Shown here one piece after another: positions 46,635-56,838 of a DNA stretch of 64,000 nucleotides. The stretch lies in IMG/VR virus record IMGVR_UViG_3300032233_003524, positions 18,028-82,027 of that record; one strand, 5' to 3'. Under the pieces are notes generated by a model. That model made no database searches. It saw nothing but the letters and a program-made list of their open reading frames with translations, and had not been told where the DNA came from. This DNA comes from a virus (lineage: Duplodnaviria > Caudoviricetes). The stretch's first letter is position 1; each line of letters begins with the position of its first letter. The translations under genes and the position numbers were made by a program.

Positions 46635-47759
46635 TCAGGCGAACATTGATAATTTTTTTAAATCAGGGAATTTTTTCATTAGATATTTAATATCTGAATT
46701 TTTATTATTCATAGACATCCAAGATAATACTTTTTTAGCAGATATCTCAGGTACTTTATTAATTAAATTTACAATTTTATCTACATTTGATCTTTTATGT
46801 GTAGTAAATCGGCTATATAAAGAGTCTAAATAAATATTAGTAATATCATCAGCAATATTTACGTCTAATGCAATTATATTTTTTATATAATCAATATTCA
46901 ATTCTGAATAATTTGCTGTTTTTAATATAACTAAAAAATCCGCAGATAAATCAGTGCTCCAGCACTTTTTTAAATCATTTAAAATAAATTGATTGCTTAT
47001 CAAATTAAGTAAAACTCTTCTGTCTCTTCTTAGATAATGGCTTGCCTTTTTAGTTAAGGCTTTGCCGCCTTTTAATATAGAAAGAAAAAAATCTTTAAAT
47101 GTATTTGGATTAAAATTAATTTGATATTCATCTAATGATAATAAAAATTCTATAGTTTCAGAATTAATTCGTGATGAGTGAAAAAGCATTAAAATATATT
47201 CATCATATGAATTAAAAATTACTGGAATAAATGATTTTACTATAAAAATCATTTTATTTTTACTAACATACATTGGCATGTTCGCCAGCTTGTCTTTTAT
47301 TTCAACAAGTGAATAATTTTTTTCTTTTTTAACTTTACAAAGCTCTAAAAATTGAACATACTCAATATCATTGTCTGCATCAATTTTAAAAGTGTTTTTA
47401 ACAAACCAAAAAAATCTTCTTTCTATTTTTTCTTCAATTGATTTGATAATTTTTTTATTATTTAAAGATAATAAAAAATTTATTCTATGATTCCAATAAT
47501 CAGAGTGCCAAAACATTTGCGATGATTTTTCAAATCTATCCCAAAAATATTTTTTATGATGATTAGATTTTATTAATAAATTTTTGTAATCTTCTATATT
47601 AATATCTTTTCTATCTGTAAAAAATAATAAGTCTGTTAAATGTCTAAAAGTTGGATCTAACTTATCTAGATAAGTTCTATTATATTTAGATCTTGGCTCT
47701 TTTATTTTTTTAATAAAAGTATTACTTTTAGAATTTTTATTATTTTTCATGCTGTCCAA
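46635..47759 (-). CDS. Hypothetical helical protein
   Basis: 374 aa ORF ending DLKKLSMFA. Confidence 0.7.
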   Translation of the reverse strand: MDSMKNNKNSKSNTFIKKIKEPRSKYNRTYLDKLDPTFRHLTDLLFFTDRKDINIEDYKNLLIKSNHHKKYFWDRFEKSSQMFWHSDYWNHRINFLLSLNNKKIIKSIEEKIERRFFWFVKNTFKIDADNDIEYVQFLELCKVKKEKNYSLVEIKDKLANMPMYVSKNKMIFIVKSFIPVIFNSYDEYILMLFHSSRINSETIEFLLSLDEYQINFNPNTFKDFFLSILKGGKALTKKASHYLRRDRRVLLNLISNQFILNDLKKCWSTDLSADFLVILKTANYSELNIDYIKNIIALDVNIADDITNIYLDSLYSRFTTHKRSNVDKIVNLINKVPEISAKKVLSWMSMNNKNSDIKYLMKKFPDLKKLSMFA

Positions 47760-48880
47760 GATAATATATCTTTAGATTCAACTCCAACAGAAATGAAGCT
47801 TACTGGCTTATTTGTTGACTCTTCAACGAGATTAATAAATTCCTTTAAATTATCTTTTACATTTGAATCAGCCCAGCCAGAGACATTGGTATATGTTATT
47901 TTAGGTGAAATAAAATCATAAGATGATTTTGGTTCTGTGTCATATGATGTTGCTACAGTAACTGTATTCATTCCATTTAAAATATCAAATTTAGTTATAA
48001 TAATATCAGTTATGCCGCCTTTTTTACAGGCATAATTTAGTGCTGGTAAGTCTAGCCAGCCAATACGCCTTGGTCTACCAGTAGTCGCTCCATATTCATT
48101 ACCATTTTCTCTTAATTTTTCAGCTTCTTCGCCAAATATTTCAGTAGGAAATGGTCCTTCGCCTACTTTAGTAGTATAACACTTAGCAACTCCATAAACT
48201 TTATCTATAGGATAATAAAAACCGCACGCATACACACCTGCAAGTGTAGATTCGCTACAGCTAACATATGGGTAAACGCCATGATTTATGTCAAGCATTA
48301 CCCCCTGAGCACCCTCAAACAATAAGTTTGAGTTTTTAAAATCATCTTCTAAATCTAGAACAGTAGTAAATTTTACTCCCATTTTTTGCATTTCAACAAT
48401 ATGTTGATAGTTATTATCATTTAAATCTTTTTTAAGAAGAAAATCATTTATTCTGGTGCCAGAACGATTAATTTTTGACTTATAAGCCGGACCAATGCCC
48501 CGATTTGTAGAGCCTATATGACCATTATTTGATTTATCTTCTTGCTTATGCTCTGGTAAAACCACAAATGCATCTTGATCTACATATACTCGACTGGCAT
48601 GTGAAGGATCAATTTCGTATAGCCCCTTAACCTCTTTATGAAGCTGTTCTAAATCTATTACCATTCCAGATGCTAAGAAAGCTTTTGGTTTACTAGATCG
48701 CCAATCAAAAGATGGCATTAAATTATGAACATATTTAACTCCATCACGATAAATGGTATGACCTGCATTTGCTCCACCATTAAATCTAATAATCCAATCA
48801 TAGTTGGGAGAAAAATCATGCACGATACGACCCTTACCCTCGTCGCCATAGACTAAACCTAACACTGCAATATTGGTCAT
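47747..48880 (-). CDS. purA: Adenylosuccinate synthetase
   Basis: GDEGKG, GGANAGHT, GSTNRGIGPAY, FEGAQG.MLD..HG.YPYV, GATTGRPRRIGWLD. Confidence 0.93.
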   Translation of the reverse strand: MTNIAVLGLVYGDEGKGRIVHDFSPNYDWIIRFNGGANAGHTIYRDGVKYVHNLMPSFDWRSSKPKAFLASGMVIDLEQLHKEVKGLYEIDPSHASRVYVDQDAFVVLPEHKQEDKSNNGHIGSTNRGIGPAYKSKINRSGTRINDFLLKKDLNDNNYQHIVEMQKMGVKFTTVLDLEDDFKNSNLLFEGAQGVMLDINHGVYPYVSCSESTLAGVYACGFYYPIDKVYGVAKCYTTKVGEGPFPTEIFGEEAEKLRENGNEYGATTGRPRRIGWLDLPALNYACKKGGITDIIITKFDILNGMNTVTVATSYDTEPKSSYDFISPKITYTNVSGWADSNVKDNLKEFINLVEESTNKPVSFISVGVESKDILSWTA

Positions 48881-48942
48881 TTAATACTCACTTTCTGTCA
48901 TAATAATATAACATACATTAAATTTGGAATATTTATAAAAAT

Positions 48943-49716
48943 ATGTATAATATATATGCAATATATAATAAAATAAACGGGAAGATTTATGTTGGAATAA
49001 CCAACAATTTAAAAAGAAGATGGAGAGAACATAAAAAGAATAGTAAAAAAATAAGTAAAAATAGTTATACTATTCACAAAGCAATAGCTAAATATGGAGT
49101 AGACAATTTTATATTTAAACCTATTGAGCAAGTAATAGACTTATCTTGTGCCAATTCAAAAGAGATAGAGTGGATTAAATTATTAAAAATTAACGGCTAT
49201 AAATTATATAATAGTACAGATGGTGGGAAAGGCACTAAAGGCTATAGTAATTTATGGACAGATGAGCGTAAAAAGAAATTATCAGAACAACGCTCGGGTT
49301 ATCGAAATCCAATGTATGGCGTTAAATTATTTGGATCATTAAATGGAAACTATGGAAAATCCATGAACCCAAATATTAAAGAAAAATTATTAAATAGTCG
49401 TCGTAAATTAACAGATGAACAAATTAAAGATATTATAAAACTGTATGCCACAGGCACGTACACACAGACACGCCTGTCAAAAATTTTTAACATTTCTTTA
49501 ACGCAAGTTCATAGAATTGTAAAAGAAAAAAGTTGGGGAAACAAAAAACATGACGAAATCATTACTAAAAAAAATCTTACAGTCGAAGATATTATTAAAA
49601 TAAAAGAAATGTATAAAACAAAAAAATATACTCAAAAAGAAATTGCAAAATTATTTTCTGTATCCCCAACTCATATTAACAAAATATTGTCTGGTAAAAA
49701 ATGGTATTCTATTTAA
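48943..49716 (+). mobile_element. Free-standing GIY-YIG homing endonuclease (NUMOD3 plus two HTH repeats)
   Basis: IYAIYNKINGKIYVG.T.N..RRWREH; ERKKKLSEQRSGYRNPMYG; duplicated TQ..[IL][AS]K.F.[IV]S...I HTH; opposite strand to both neighbours. Confidence 0.88.
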
Positions 49717-51825
49717 TTATTTGTCACAACAATTATCCATCAAGTTAACATAATTTATTATATGTTCAGATTCTAGATCTGCCCTATTATAAGAGCTGCA
49801 TGAGTCATCAATAAAAGCTAATAATGGATATTTTAATTCATATTTTTTGTTTAAACCAGCAATTGATAGTTCTGGGTTGGCAGCTTCAAAAGAATCTAAT
49901 TCGTCATCAGTTATCATTCCATTAATTTCTTGATACAGTCTTAATGACCAAAGATGTCCAGAACTTAGCTCATCAATTAGTTCAAATAGATTAATTCTTT
50001 TTAAAAAGATAGATTCAATATTTTGAATTTTGTTTTTAAAAGTTGCCGCTCTATATAGAAGATTTCTATCTATTAAGCCGTGTGATTTATTTAAATAACA
50101 AGCTCTAATATATGAATCTCTAGAATTTTCTAAGATTTTTTCATTTATAAAATCATCTAAAGATTGTAGATCGCAAAAATCTTCATCAACTCTTTTTTCA
50201 GAAATTGAATGATCGACTCCATAGAATGAATATTCTGGATTATCTCTATCTAATTCTGATAAATAAGATACACTTAATCGTTTGCCGGATTTTAGTATAA
50301 TCTGTCTAGAAGAAGTATCTGTATTTTTTTCTAATAAACAAAGAATTTTATTTTTGTTATCTTCTTCAATAGAAGAGTAGTTTGTTTGTTTAAAATTATT
50401 TACATTTTTGTCAAATTTAAAAACAATAAGCCTAGACGATGCACTACGTTGTGTTCTTGAAGATGTTTTTACTATACTAGATAGTAGCTTTGGATTCATT
50501 TTATCTAGGTAAAATGAATCATTAAGCATGCTTTCAGTTGTTTTTTCATTTAGGCATATAATCTGAATGCTTTTAAGATTTGCATCATTATCAAATGCCT
50601 TTTTTACATGTCTTGTTGTAATTTCTTTAATATTTAAGTCGTTAATATAAATTTCACTATTTGGAACAAATGAAAATGATCTATTAGTTGATTTTCTAAT
50701 TTTATCTGTTTCTGAACCAAATCTACGATTAAATACGCCCTTAGAAAACATAATTACTGGACAGCCAATATCTACATGCCCAATCAATAAATTTGTGCCA
50801 TTCCACGATAGTTTAGTTAAAAATGATAAATTGCTAAATGTCTGTTGCAATGCATTTCTATAGTAGACATTAGCTAAGAAGAAATTTTCACAATTGTCTA
50901 AATCTTTTTGAGTTGACTCTTTAATTTCTTGTACTATAAGCTTTAATCTATCACTAATTAATTTTTTAGTTGGTTCATCTAAATAAATTTGCTCTCTACT
51001 AGCAGATAAACTTAGCTCACCGACTCCAAAATAAAGATACAAATCGCCTCTTGCAGAATCAATTATTGAAGAATCTGCATAAGATCGAAGCGAAGAAATA
51101 TCAACAGGATACTCAATTTCATCAACAATTAATTTTGTACCACGGCTCCAATTATTATTTAATACAATTGACCATCCATTCCCGCTCATTTTAGATTCAA
51201 TATTTCTCCATACAATATCATATGGCTTAATAATTGGTTTTACTTTCCAATGCCTTGTACATTGTTCAGTATATTCCTCAAACATTCTAAAATCTTTAGA
51301 TTGTACAGGAATAATAATTTCTGTTCCATTAGGATTTTGTGTTGGAGATTCTGAAAGTAAAGATAGCTTACCAATTTTTGTCTCATCAATAAAACAAGCA
51401 TAATTATAACGTACACCATTATAATTAGTTACAATATTGAAAGAGTCGCTGTATGAAAAAGGAGTTTTGGCTCCTAGACCGAATCCACCTGTCTGCACGT
51501 TATCGCTGCGCTTAGTGCTTGCAGTATATTTTATAAAAATGTTTGACATGCGATCAGGGCTGATGCCAGGACCGAAATCCTTAATTTTATAAAATGGCTC
51601 CTGTTGGTTGGGCAAATGAATATGAATTGGAATATCTGCTTTGCCAACTTCACGATGAGCATCACGAGCATTGCATGATATTTCTCTACAAATAGCCAAT
51701 ACAGGATTAGAGTACATCTTATTACGTAAGATGTCAAAGATCATTCCCTGATCTTGAATTGAGAAAAACTGTTCTTCTAGCTGAGTTGAAGTTTCCATTT
51801 CAGGACGAACATCATTAATAATCAT
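49717..51825 (-). CDS. rIIA: rIIA-like protein (GHKL ATPase)
   Basis: MYSNPVLAICREISCNARDAH, IKDFGPGIS, ASTK..N...GGFGLGAKTPFSYSDSF. Confidence 0.9.
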   Translation of the reverse strand: MIINDVRPEMETSTQLEEQFFSIQDQGMIFDILRNKMYSNPVLAICREISCNARDAHREVGKADIPIHIHLPNQQEPFYKIKDFGPGISPDRMSNIFIKYTASTKRSDNVQTGGFGLGAKTPFSYSDSFNIVTNYNGVRYNYACFIDETKIGKLSLLSESPTQNPNGTEIIIPVQSKDFRMFEEYTEQCTRHWKVKPIIKPYDIVWRNIESKMSGNGWSIVLNNNWSRGTKLIVDEIEYPVDISSLRSYADSSIIDSARGDLYLYFGVGELSLSASREQIYLDEPTKKLISDRLKLIVQEIKESTQKDLDNCENFFLANVYYRNALQQTFSNLSFLTKLSWNGTNLLIGHVDIGCPVIMFSKGVFNRRFGSETDKIRKSTNRSFSFVPNSEIYINDLNIKEITTRHVKKAFDNDANLKSIQIICLNEKTTESMLNDSFYLDKMNPKLLSSIVKTSSRTQRSASSRLIVFKFDKNVNNFKQTNYSSIEEDNKNKILCLLEKNTDTSSRQIILKSGKRLSVSYLSELDRDNPEYSFYGVDHSISEKRVDEDFCDLQSLDDFINEKILENSRDSYIRACYLNKSHGLIDRNLLYRAATFKNKIQNIESIFLKRINLFELIDELSSGHLWSLRLYQEINGMITDDELDSFEAANPELSIAGLNKKYELKYPLLAFIDDSCSSYNRADLESEHIINYVNLMDNCCDK

Positions 51826-51917
51826 GTAAGAAATCCTTATAATAACAAATTATGAATAATTCAGGTCAACTGTAACCTGGCACATAAAAATTTATATTTT
51901 AAAAAATAAAAGTCAAC

Positions 51918-51948
51918 TAGCAGGCTATTATATAAAATTAGCCTGCTA
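51918..51948 (-). terminator. Hairpin after the VWA gene, probable terminator
   Basis: 10-bp stem tagcaggcta/tagcctgcta. Confidence 0.65.
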
Positions 51949-51980
51949 ATTTATTTTATTAATTATTTTTAAAAATTAAA

Positions 51981-53648
51981 TCATGCTCTCAAATCAAAGG
52001 CTCTTCCAAAAGGAGGAGTAAAAGAAGTTCCAGAAGTAACTAGCCAAATAGTATCAACTCCTGGGTTTTTCATATTTGCTAAATCTGTATCCATTAAATA
52101 TCCATCAGTAATAACAATAAGAAAATCACATTTACCAATATGTTTTTCATAATCGGAAAAATATTCACCCCATATTGTACCACCTCTGCCTACTACTTTT
52201 ACTTTGCTCAATTCTTCTTGAGAGCATCCCTTTAATTTAGTTGATTGTTCCCAGTAAATTTCACTGTCAGCAGGTGTAACCGTACCTTCAGACCTTTCAT
52301 CTAAGGCTGCAAGCTGAGACAATCCAAATGCCATATCGTCTTTGCTCATTGAGCCAGAAGTATCAAGCAGACATCCAAAATGAGCAAAATAATTCTTTCG
52401 TTTTGGAACTAAAAGACCAGAAAACATTGGTCTAGTTTTAAACTTAGTCCAATCATTTCTACCATTACCAGATCGGGCTTTAAGCAGTCTGCTTCTAACA
52501 ATGTCTTGCCAAGTGACTTTTGGTGCAGTGAGTTTTCCTAGCTCATCTTCCAATGCCGCTGGGACATGACCTGCCATTTTTCTAGCCGCTTCCATTGCAT
52601 CTGAAATTCTTTTAGCAAGCTTTTCTTCTGACTCGGAAGTGTCAATATGATCATCAACAGTTCCGCCAACGCCAAAAATATCTACTCCAGATCCACATTC
52701 ATCGCAACATCCTGATTCAGAGTCAGAAGGCTGGTCGCCATGTTGTGATGGACAACCGCACTGATCATCATGTTCATGATCTTGTCCGCATTGAGGATCA
52801 GATTGCTCGTCACCTTTGTCTTTTTGCTGATCTTCTTGTTGATCATTAGATTTATCATTTTTTTGATCAGATTTTTTATTAGATTTATTTTTATTATCTT
52901 GTGGCATTTTGTATTTACCAATGCTGCCACATTTTGGACATTTTGGAAGAAGATTATAAAGAAACTCATAAATTTTTTCTGGTCTTTTCATATCTTCATC
53001 AAGATCTGGATCGGCGTAAAAGAATGTCATTCTTTTTTCACGCTCTTCTAGTTCTTGCTGCTCTTCAGGAGTTAACTCTCTATCTTCATCTGGACCCGGA
53101 AGAGTAATTCCAGAATCAGATGCTGCAGCTGCCTCCTCCATCATTTTTGCATTTGCTTTAAATGGATCTTTTAAGAATTCAGCATATTCATTTAGTGTTA
53201 AAAACTTTCCTAAATGTTTACTAAACTGTTCTTTAGGATCCATTTTTCTAGCTTTAAAATCATCCATTACAGTACCATTGACAATGTAATCAACGGCGAT
53301 ATTCCAAAGTCTAGGCAATCTAGATCCTCTACGCTGTGGATGCATATATAAAGCGTGCCAAGCTTCATGACCACAGATTATTCTTAATCCAATTTTAGAT
53401 TGCTTTAAGATAAAATTAGGATTCCAATAATATCTTTTTCCATCAGTAGCCGCAGTTGGCATATTTAATGTACAAACATGTTCAACAGGATAAAGCAATC
53501 CAAATATTAGAGGGTCGCCTCCCATGCCTGTCCCAACGTGTTCGTTGTCATATCTAGTTCCAAGTTCAAGAAAAATTTGAGATAATTTTTCTTCTGCTTG
53601 AGCTACTAATTTTGGATCAATTTTTCCTATAACTTTAGAAAATTTCAT
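51981..53648 (-). CDS. DUF2201-type metallopeptidase plus VWA domain protein
   Basis: TAATDG..Y..NP.F, HEAWH..H..R...WNIAVD..VN; MIDAS DTSGSM; GRGGT; ITDG; Cys/His-rich linker. Confidence 0.88.
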   Translation of the reverse strand: MKFSKVIGKIDPKLVAQAEEKLSQIFLELGTRYDNEHVGTGMGGDPLIFGLLYPVEHVCTLNMPTAATDGKRYYWNPNFILKQSKIGLRIICGHEAWHALYMHPQRRGSRLPRLWNIAVDYIVNGTVMDDFKARKMDPKEQFSKHLGKFLTLNEYAEFLKDPFKANAKMMEEAAAASDSGITLPGPDEDRELTPEEQQELEEREKRMTFFYADPDLDEDMKRPEKIYEFLYNLLPKCPKCGSIGKYKMPQDNKNKSNKKSDQKNDKSNDQQEDQQKDKGDEQSDPQCGQDHEHDDQCGCPSQHGDQPSDSESGCCDECGSGVDIFGVGGTVDDHIDTSESEEKLAKRISDAMEAARKMAGHVPAALEDELGKLTAPKVTWQDIVRSRLLKARSGNGRNDWTKFKTRPMFSGLLVPKRKNYFAHFGCLLDTSGSMSKDDMAFGLSQLAALDERSEGTVTPADSEIYWEQSTKLKGCSQEELSKVKVVGRGGTIWGEYFSDYEKHIGKCDFLIVITDGYLMDTDLANMKNPGVDTIWLVTSGTSFTPPFGRAFDLRA

Positions 53649-53669
53649 TTAAACTCCAAATTTTTATTT

Positions 53670-54788
53670 TCAGTCACTAACTTGCTTGTTAATTTTAGTA
53701 ATTACTGGAACCCACTCAGGATGTTCATCCAATGCAAATTTAACTAAACGATGAATTTGAATTTGACTACGTACTGCAACTAATACATTTTCATGTGTAA
53801 CTTTTTGTAGGAATTTGCCGATGTGCTTAATTGACTCTGGCGGATTAGACTCATCTGAGTTATCTAGCTGAGTAGCTAATCTTGCACATGTAATCATGCA
53901 TGCAACAAGTTTTTTAGTTGGTTCTAAACTATTATATCTAGTAGAAACATCTTTCCCCAAGAAAATATCCTCTATCATTGGTAAGAGTTGCTGATAATGC
54001 TCATAATAGTTACTGTATTTAATGCCAGCATCCTTACCAACACAACCACAAACTTTTTTGTTTAGCAGAGATGAATCCCAGCCCTTTTCCTCTCCCTTAA
54101 ACAAAATTTCAGAAGCTCGTGCCCAGCCACGAGGCGAGGGATCGGCATATCTATCTTCTGGATCGACTGCCCCAAACAAATCCTTTGGATGATCTTGAAT
54201 ATAAGCGGTAATAGATGGATGAATATGTCCAGTCTTACCTGCCCAATCTAGCCAAGAAGAAGCATCTGCCTCAACCAAATATTTTTCTGCACGGTCTAGC
54301 AAAGGCAAGCTAGGTCTTGAGCCGCCCTCTGATAAAAGATTTCCGGTCATAATAATTGCCTTTAATCCAGGAAGGTGCCTGCCGTTAATTGATTTGAATT
54401 GTGTAAACTCAAGTAGCGGAGCCCAAAGACTAGGATCTGCCTTATCTACCTCGTCAAGTAAGGCTACTACTTTCTTTTTAGGATCTAACATTAGTTCATA
54501 AAACTGAGGCAATAAGAAGTCTACAAATTTCTTATTATTTGCAGCTGCCATAATATTAGGATATCCGCCCATGTCAACTCTTTCTAGTACTGAAAGATTA
54601 ATATAAACTTCATCCATATCTGCTTTTTTAATTTCTTGCTTAGAGATTTCTGTTTTACCAGTACCTCTTCGACCAAAAATAGCGATGTTGCTTCCAACTT
54701 GGATAGAAGTTGAAACGTGCTCAGCTAATTCTTTTGTATTTAGCTTTTCTAAATTAAAATCTGAACTAGAAACTTGTTGGTTTGCCAT
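53670..54788 (-). CDS. MoxR-like AAA+ ATPase, partner of the VWA protein
   Basis: FGRRGTGKT, LDEVDKA, TGN, LLDR, SPRGW; SD GGAG. Confidence 0.9.
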   Translation of the reverse strand: MANQQVSSSDFNLEKLNTKELAEHVSTSIQVGSNIAIFGRRGTGKTEISKQEIKKADMDEVYINLSVLERVDMGGYPNIMAAANNKKFVDFLLPQFYELMLDPKKKVVALLDEVDKADPSLWAPLLEFTQFKSINGRHLPGLKAIIMTGNLLSEGGSRPSLPLLDRAEKYLVEADASSWLDWAGKTGHIHPSITAYIQDHPKDLFGAVDPEDRYADPSPRGWARASEILFKGEEKGWDSSLLNKKVCGCVGKDAGIKYSNYYEHYQQLLPMIEDIFLGKDVSTRYNSLEPTKKLVACMITCARLATQLDNSDESNPPESIKHIGKFLQKVTHENVLVAVRSQIQIHRLVKFALDEHPEWVPVITKINKQVSD

Positions 54789-54821
54789 ATTTAAAAATCT
54801 CCAATCAAAAAGATTACTTGT

Positions 54822-54860
54822 AATATAAAATAAAAAAAATTATTGTCAAGAGCTGACAAT
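54822..54860 (-). promoter_or_regulatory. TTGACA-N16-TATATT promoter, -35 embedded in inverted repeat attgtca-N5-tgacaat
   Basis: Read directly upstream of the AAA/VWA pair. Confidence 0.65.
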
Positions 54861-54868
54861 TTTTAAAA

Positions 54869-55219
54869 TTAAGAAAAAATTATGTAAGTGTTCAATTTTT
54901 CAAATAATTTCTTTTTATCTGAAAAATCAATATTAAATGCAGGAATGTGAATATTATCTACAATTCTAGCTGCACTAATTGTATAGTGTGGTTTACTAGA
55001 ATAAATGGTAACTTCTATATTTAGACAAGTGAAACTAATATTAGTTAGTGTATCATTATAATAACCAAAACAAAATATTTCATTACAATTTGTGCAGATA
55101 AATCGATCAAAAGATAAATTGTTACTACTAGTATTATTAATTTCTAAATAATTTTGACAAAATAAACATAAAGGCAAATCAAAATTAAAAATATTAAGTA
55201 TTCCACTTATATCATCCAT
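54869..55219 (-). CDS. Zinc-finger protein with C-terminal KLNTYIIFS tag
   Basis: CLFC..CTNC. Confidence 0.75.
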   Translation of the reverse strand: MDDISGILNIFNFDLPLCLFCQNYLEINNTSSNNLSFDRFICTNCNEIFCFGYYNDTLTNISFTCLNIEVTIYSSKPHYTISAARIVDNIHIPAFNIDFSDKKKLFEKLNTYIIFS

Positions 55220-55228
55220 ATGGATTAT

Positions 55229-55537
55229 TTAGTTCAATGCGGCAGAATCATCTGACTCAAATACTAATGTATTATCTTGATACTGCTTAAGCATTTCTTG
55301 ATGAACTTCCCACGGATCTCTGCCATAGGATAATTTTCCAGCAGTCCATTGAATTCTAACAATAATAGAATCTGGACACTGAAGTTTTTCTAATTGCTCT
55401 GATAGCCAAAGACCAGAATAACAAACCTCTCGAATAATTGCAGATTTTAATAAATCTGGAGGTGTAAATTTATCCTCTTCTATGTAATTTGACCATCTAA
55501 TAATATCTTCGTTAGTAATAAAATCAGGTCTAGGCAT
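55229..55537 (-). CDS. Hypothetical protein
   Basis: 102 aa, SD GGAGA. Confidence 0.75.
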   Translation of the reverse strand: MPRPDFITNEDIIRWSNYIEEDKFTPPDLLKSAIIREVCYSGLWLSEQLEKLQCPDSIIVRIQWTAGKLSYGRDPWEVHQEMLKQYQDNTLVFESDDSAALN

Positions 55538-55594
55538 ATGTCTCCATTTAATAAGAAATAATATATGTATAAATTATTATAATTATGAGGGCTT

Positions 55595-55954
55595 ATGTCT
55601 TATACTGCAGATGAAATATTATCTTTAGCATCTTCTTTCCAAGAATTTACAAAAAATACTATCACAAAAATAGCAAAAGCTAAAAAATTAGATCCTAAAG
55701 CAGGCGTCAGAAGCCGAGGAAAAGTTGTTTTTCCTGCTGAAAGTTCTAAAGTTAAAGATAAAAAAGATCATTTCCCAATTAATAACGCTGCACAAGCTAG
55801 AAATGCTTTAGCTAGAGCCAATCAGTATACCAAGGCTCCTAGCTGGTATAAAGGCTCTTTACAAGAACTTGTAAGTGCAATCGCACGAGCTGTTAAAAAG
55901 CATTATCCAAGTATTGAAGTTTCTCCTGCGGCAAAAAAGCCAGGCAAAAACTAA
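55595..55954 (+). CDS. Small basic phage protein (DUF6582-like)
   Basis: VFP....K.HFPINNAAQARNALAR motif; SD GAGG. Confidence 0.65.
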   Translation: MSYTADEILSLASSFQEFTKNTITKIAKAKKLDPKAGVRSRGKVVFPAESSKVKDKKDHFPINNAAQARNALARANQYTKAPSWYKGSLQELVSAIARAVKKHYPSIEVSPAAKKPGKN

Positions 55955-55985
55955 ACATTACTAGGCACACTAGTACAATAATTAT

Positions 55986-56017
55986 AAAAAATAAGCTGTC
56001 AAGACAGCTTATTTTTT
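55986..56017. terminator. Bidirectional intrinsic terminator between convergent genes
   Basis: aaaaaataagctgtc-aa-gacagcttatttttt. Confidence 0.85.
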
Positions 56018-56034
56018 TATTTTAATTTTAAAAA

Positions 56035-56238
56035 TTAATCTGAAAAAACTTTAACTTGAAAGCCCTTTATAAATGAAGGTACTTTGTTTTTTACTTTTAA
56101 AGTAAAAAATTTTGTGCTTACACCAATATAATATTTATCTTCAAATGGTATAACATCGCAAGAATTATACCAATAATAATTACACAATTTCATTTTAAGT
56201 GCGATTCTTGCCTGATTTGCTTCTTGAAAAGTGTACAT
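56035..56238 (-). CDS. Hypothetical protein
   Basis: 67 aa, SD GAGG. Confidence 0.7.
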   Translation of the reverse strand: MYTFQEANQARIALKMKLCNYYWYNSCDVIPFEDKYYIGVSTKFFTLKVKNKVPSFIKGFQVKVFSD

Positions 56239-56244
56239 AATACC

Positions 56245-56835
56245 TCAACTAAATAATAAAAGAGTTTTTATTTTATTTAAAACTAAATCTTGGTTTGAAA
56301 AATCAAAATTTATCATAGGTAAAGTGACATAACTATCACTAATTTTTAGTCTGCCCTCATGTGATGGAGTTAATCTATAAATTATCATATCATTATGTAG
56401 ATGTTCCATGAGGATATTATATTTTTCGTCGCCTTTTAAAAGATTTAAGCCTTCTTGATCTAACGTAATATTATGTAAAGTATTTGTATTAAAATTAAAA
56501 TCAATATCTGCACTGTTAATATATGAATCACATTCGCTGCAATTAGAATAAAAATATAAATAAAAAGTATTTATATCAGGGCTATAATCAAATTGTTTAT
56601 TTACAATAAAAGTACTTGTTTTACAATCAATAATTATTTGATATTTGTTAACAGTCGAATCAGAGTCTCTAGAGTTAACATTAACTGATAAATAAGAGCC
56701 ATATTTTTTATGTTTATAAAGATTGTAAGTATCTTCTGGACCTATAATTACATCAATTTCTCTTGTCAAGGTCTTGCATATCGGGCAATATAAACAATAT
56801 TCCCATAAATTTTCAATGTTTTCAAAACATTTCAT
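56245..56835 (-). CDS. Zinc-finger protein with C-terminal KIKTLLLFS tag
   Basis: YCPIC..CSEC. Confidence 0.75.
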   Translation of the reverse strand: MKCFENIENLWEYCLYCPICKTLTREIDVIIGPEDTYNLYKHKKYGSYLSVNVNSRDSDSTVNKYQIIIDCKTSTFIVNKQFDYSPDINTFYLYFYSNCSECDSYINSADIDFNFNTNTLHNITLDQEGLNLLKGDEKYNILMEHLHNDMIIYRLTPSHEGRLKISDSYVTLPMINFDFSNQDLVLNKIKTLLLFS

Positions 56836-56838
56836 ATA

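Noticed and set aside
47747-48880. PurZ (2-aminoadenine Z-genome pathway)
   Set aside because: It keeps the PurA catalytic Asp (GDEGKG) and GATTGRPRR; PurZ has Ser there. No dATPase partner seen.
52682-53107. Three alternative-frame ORFs in the VWA gene
   Set aside because: By-products of the low-complexity D/Q/K linker.
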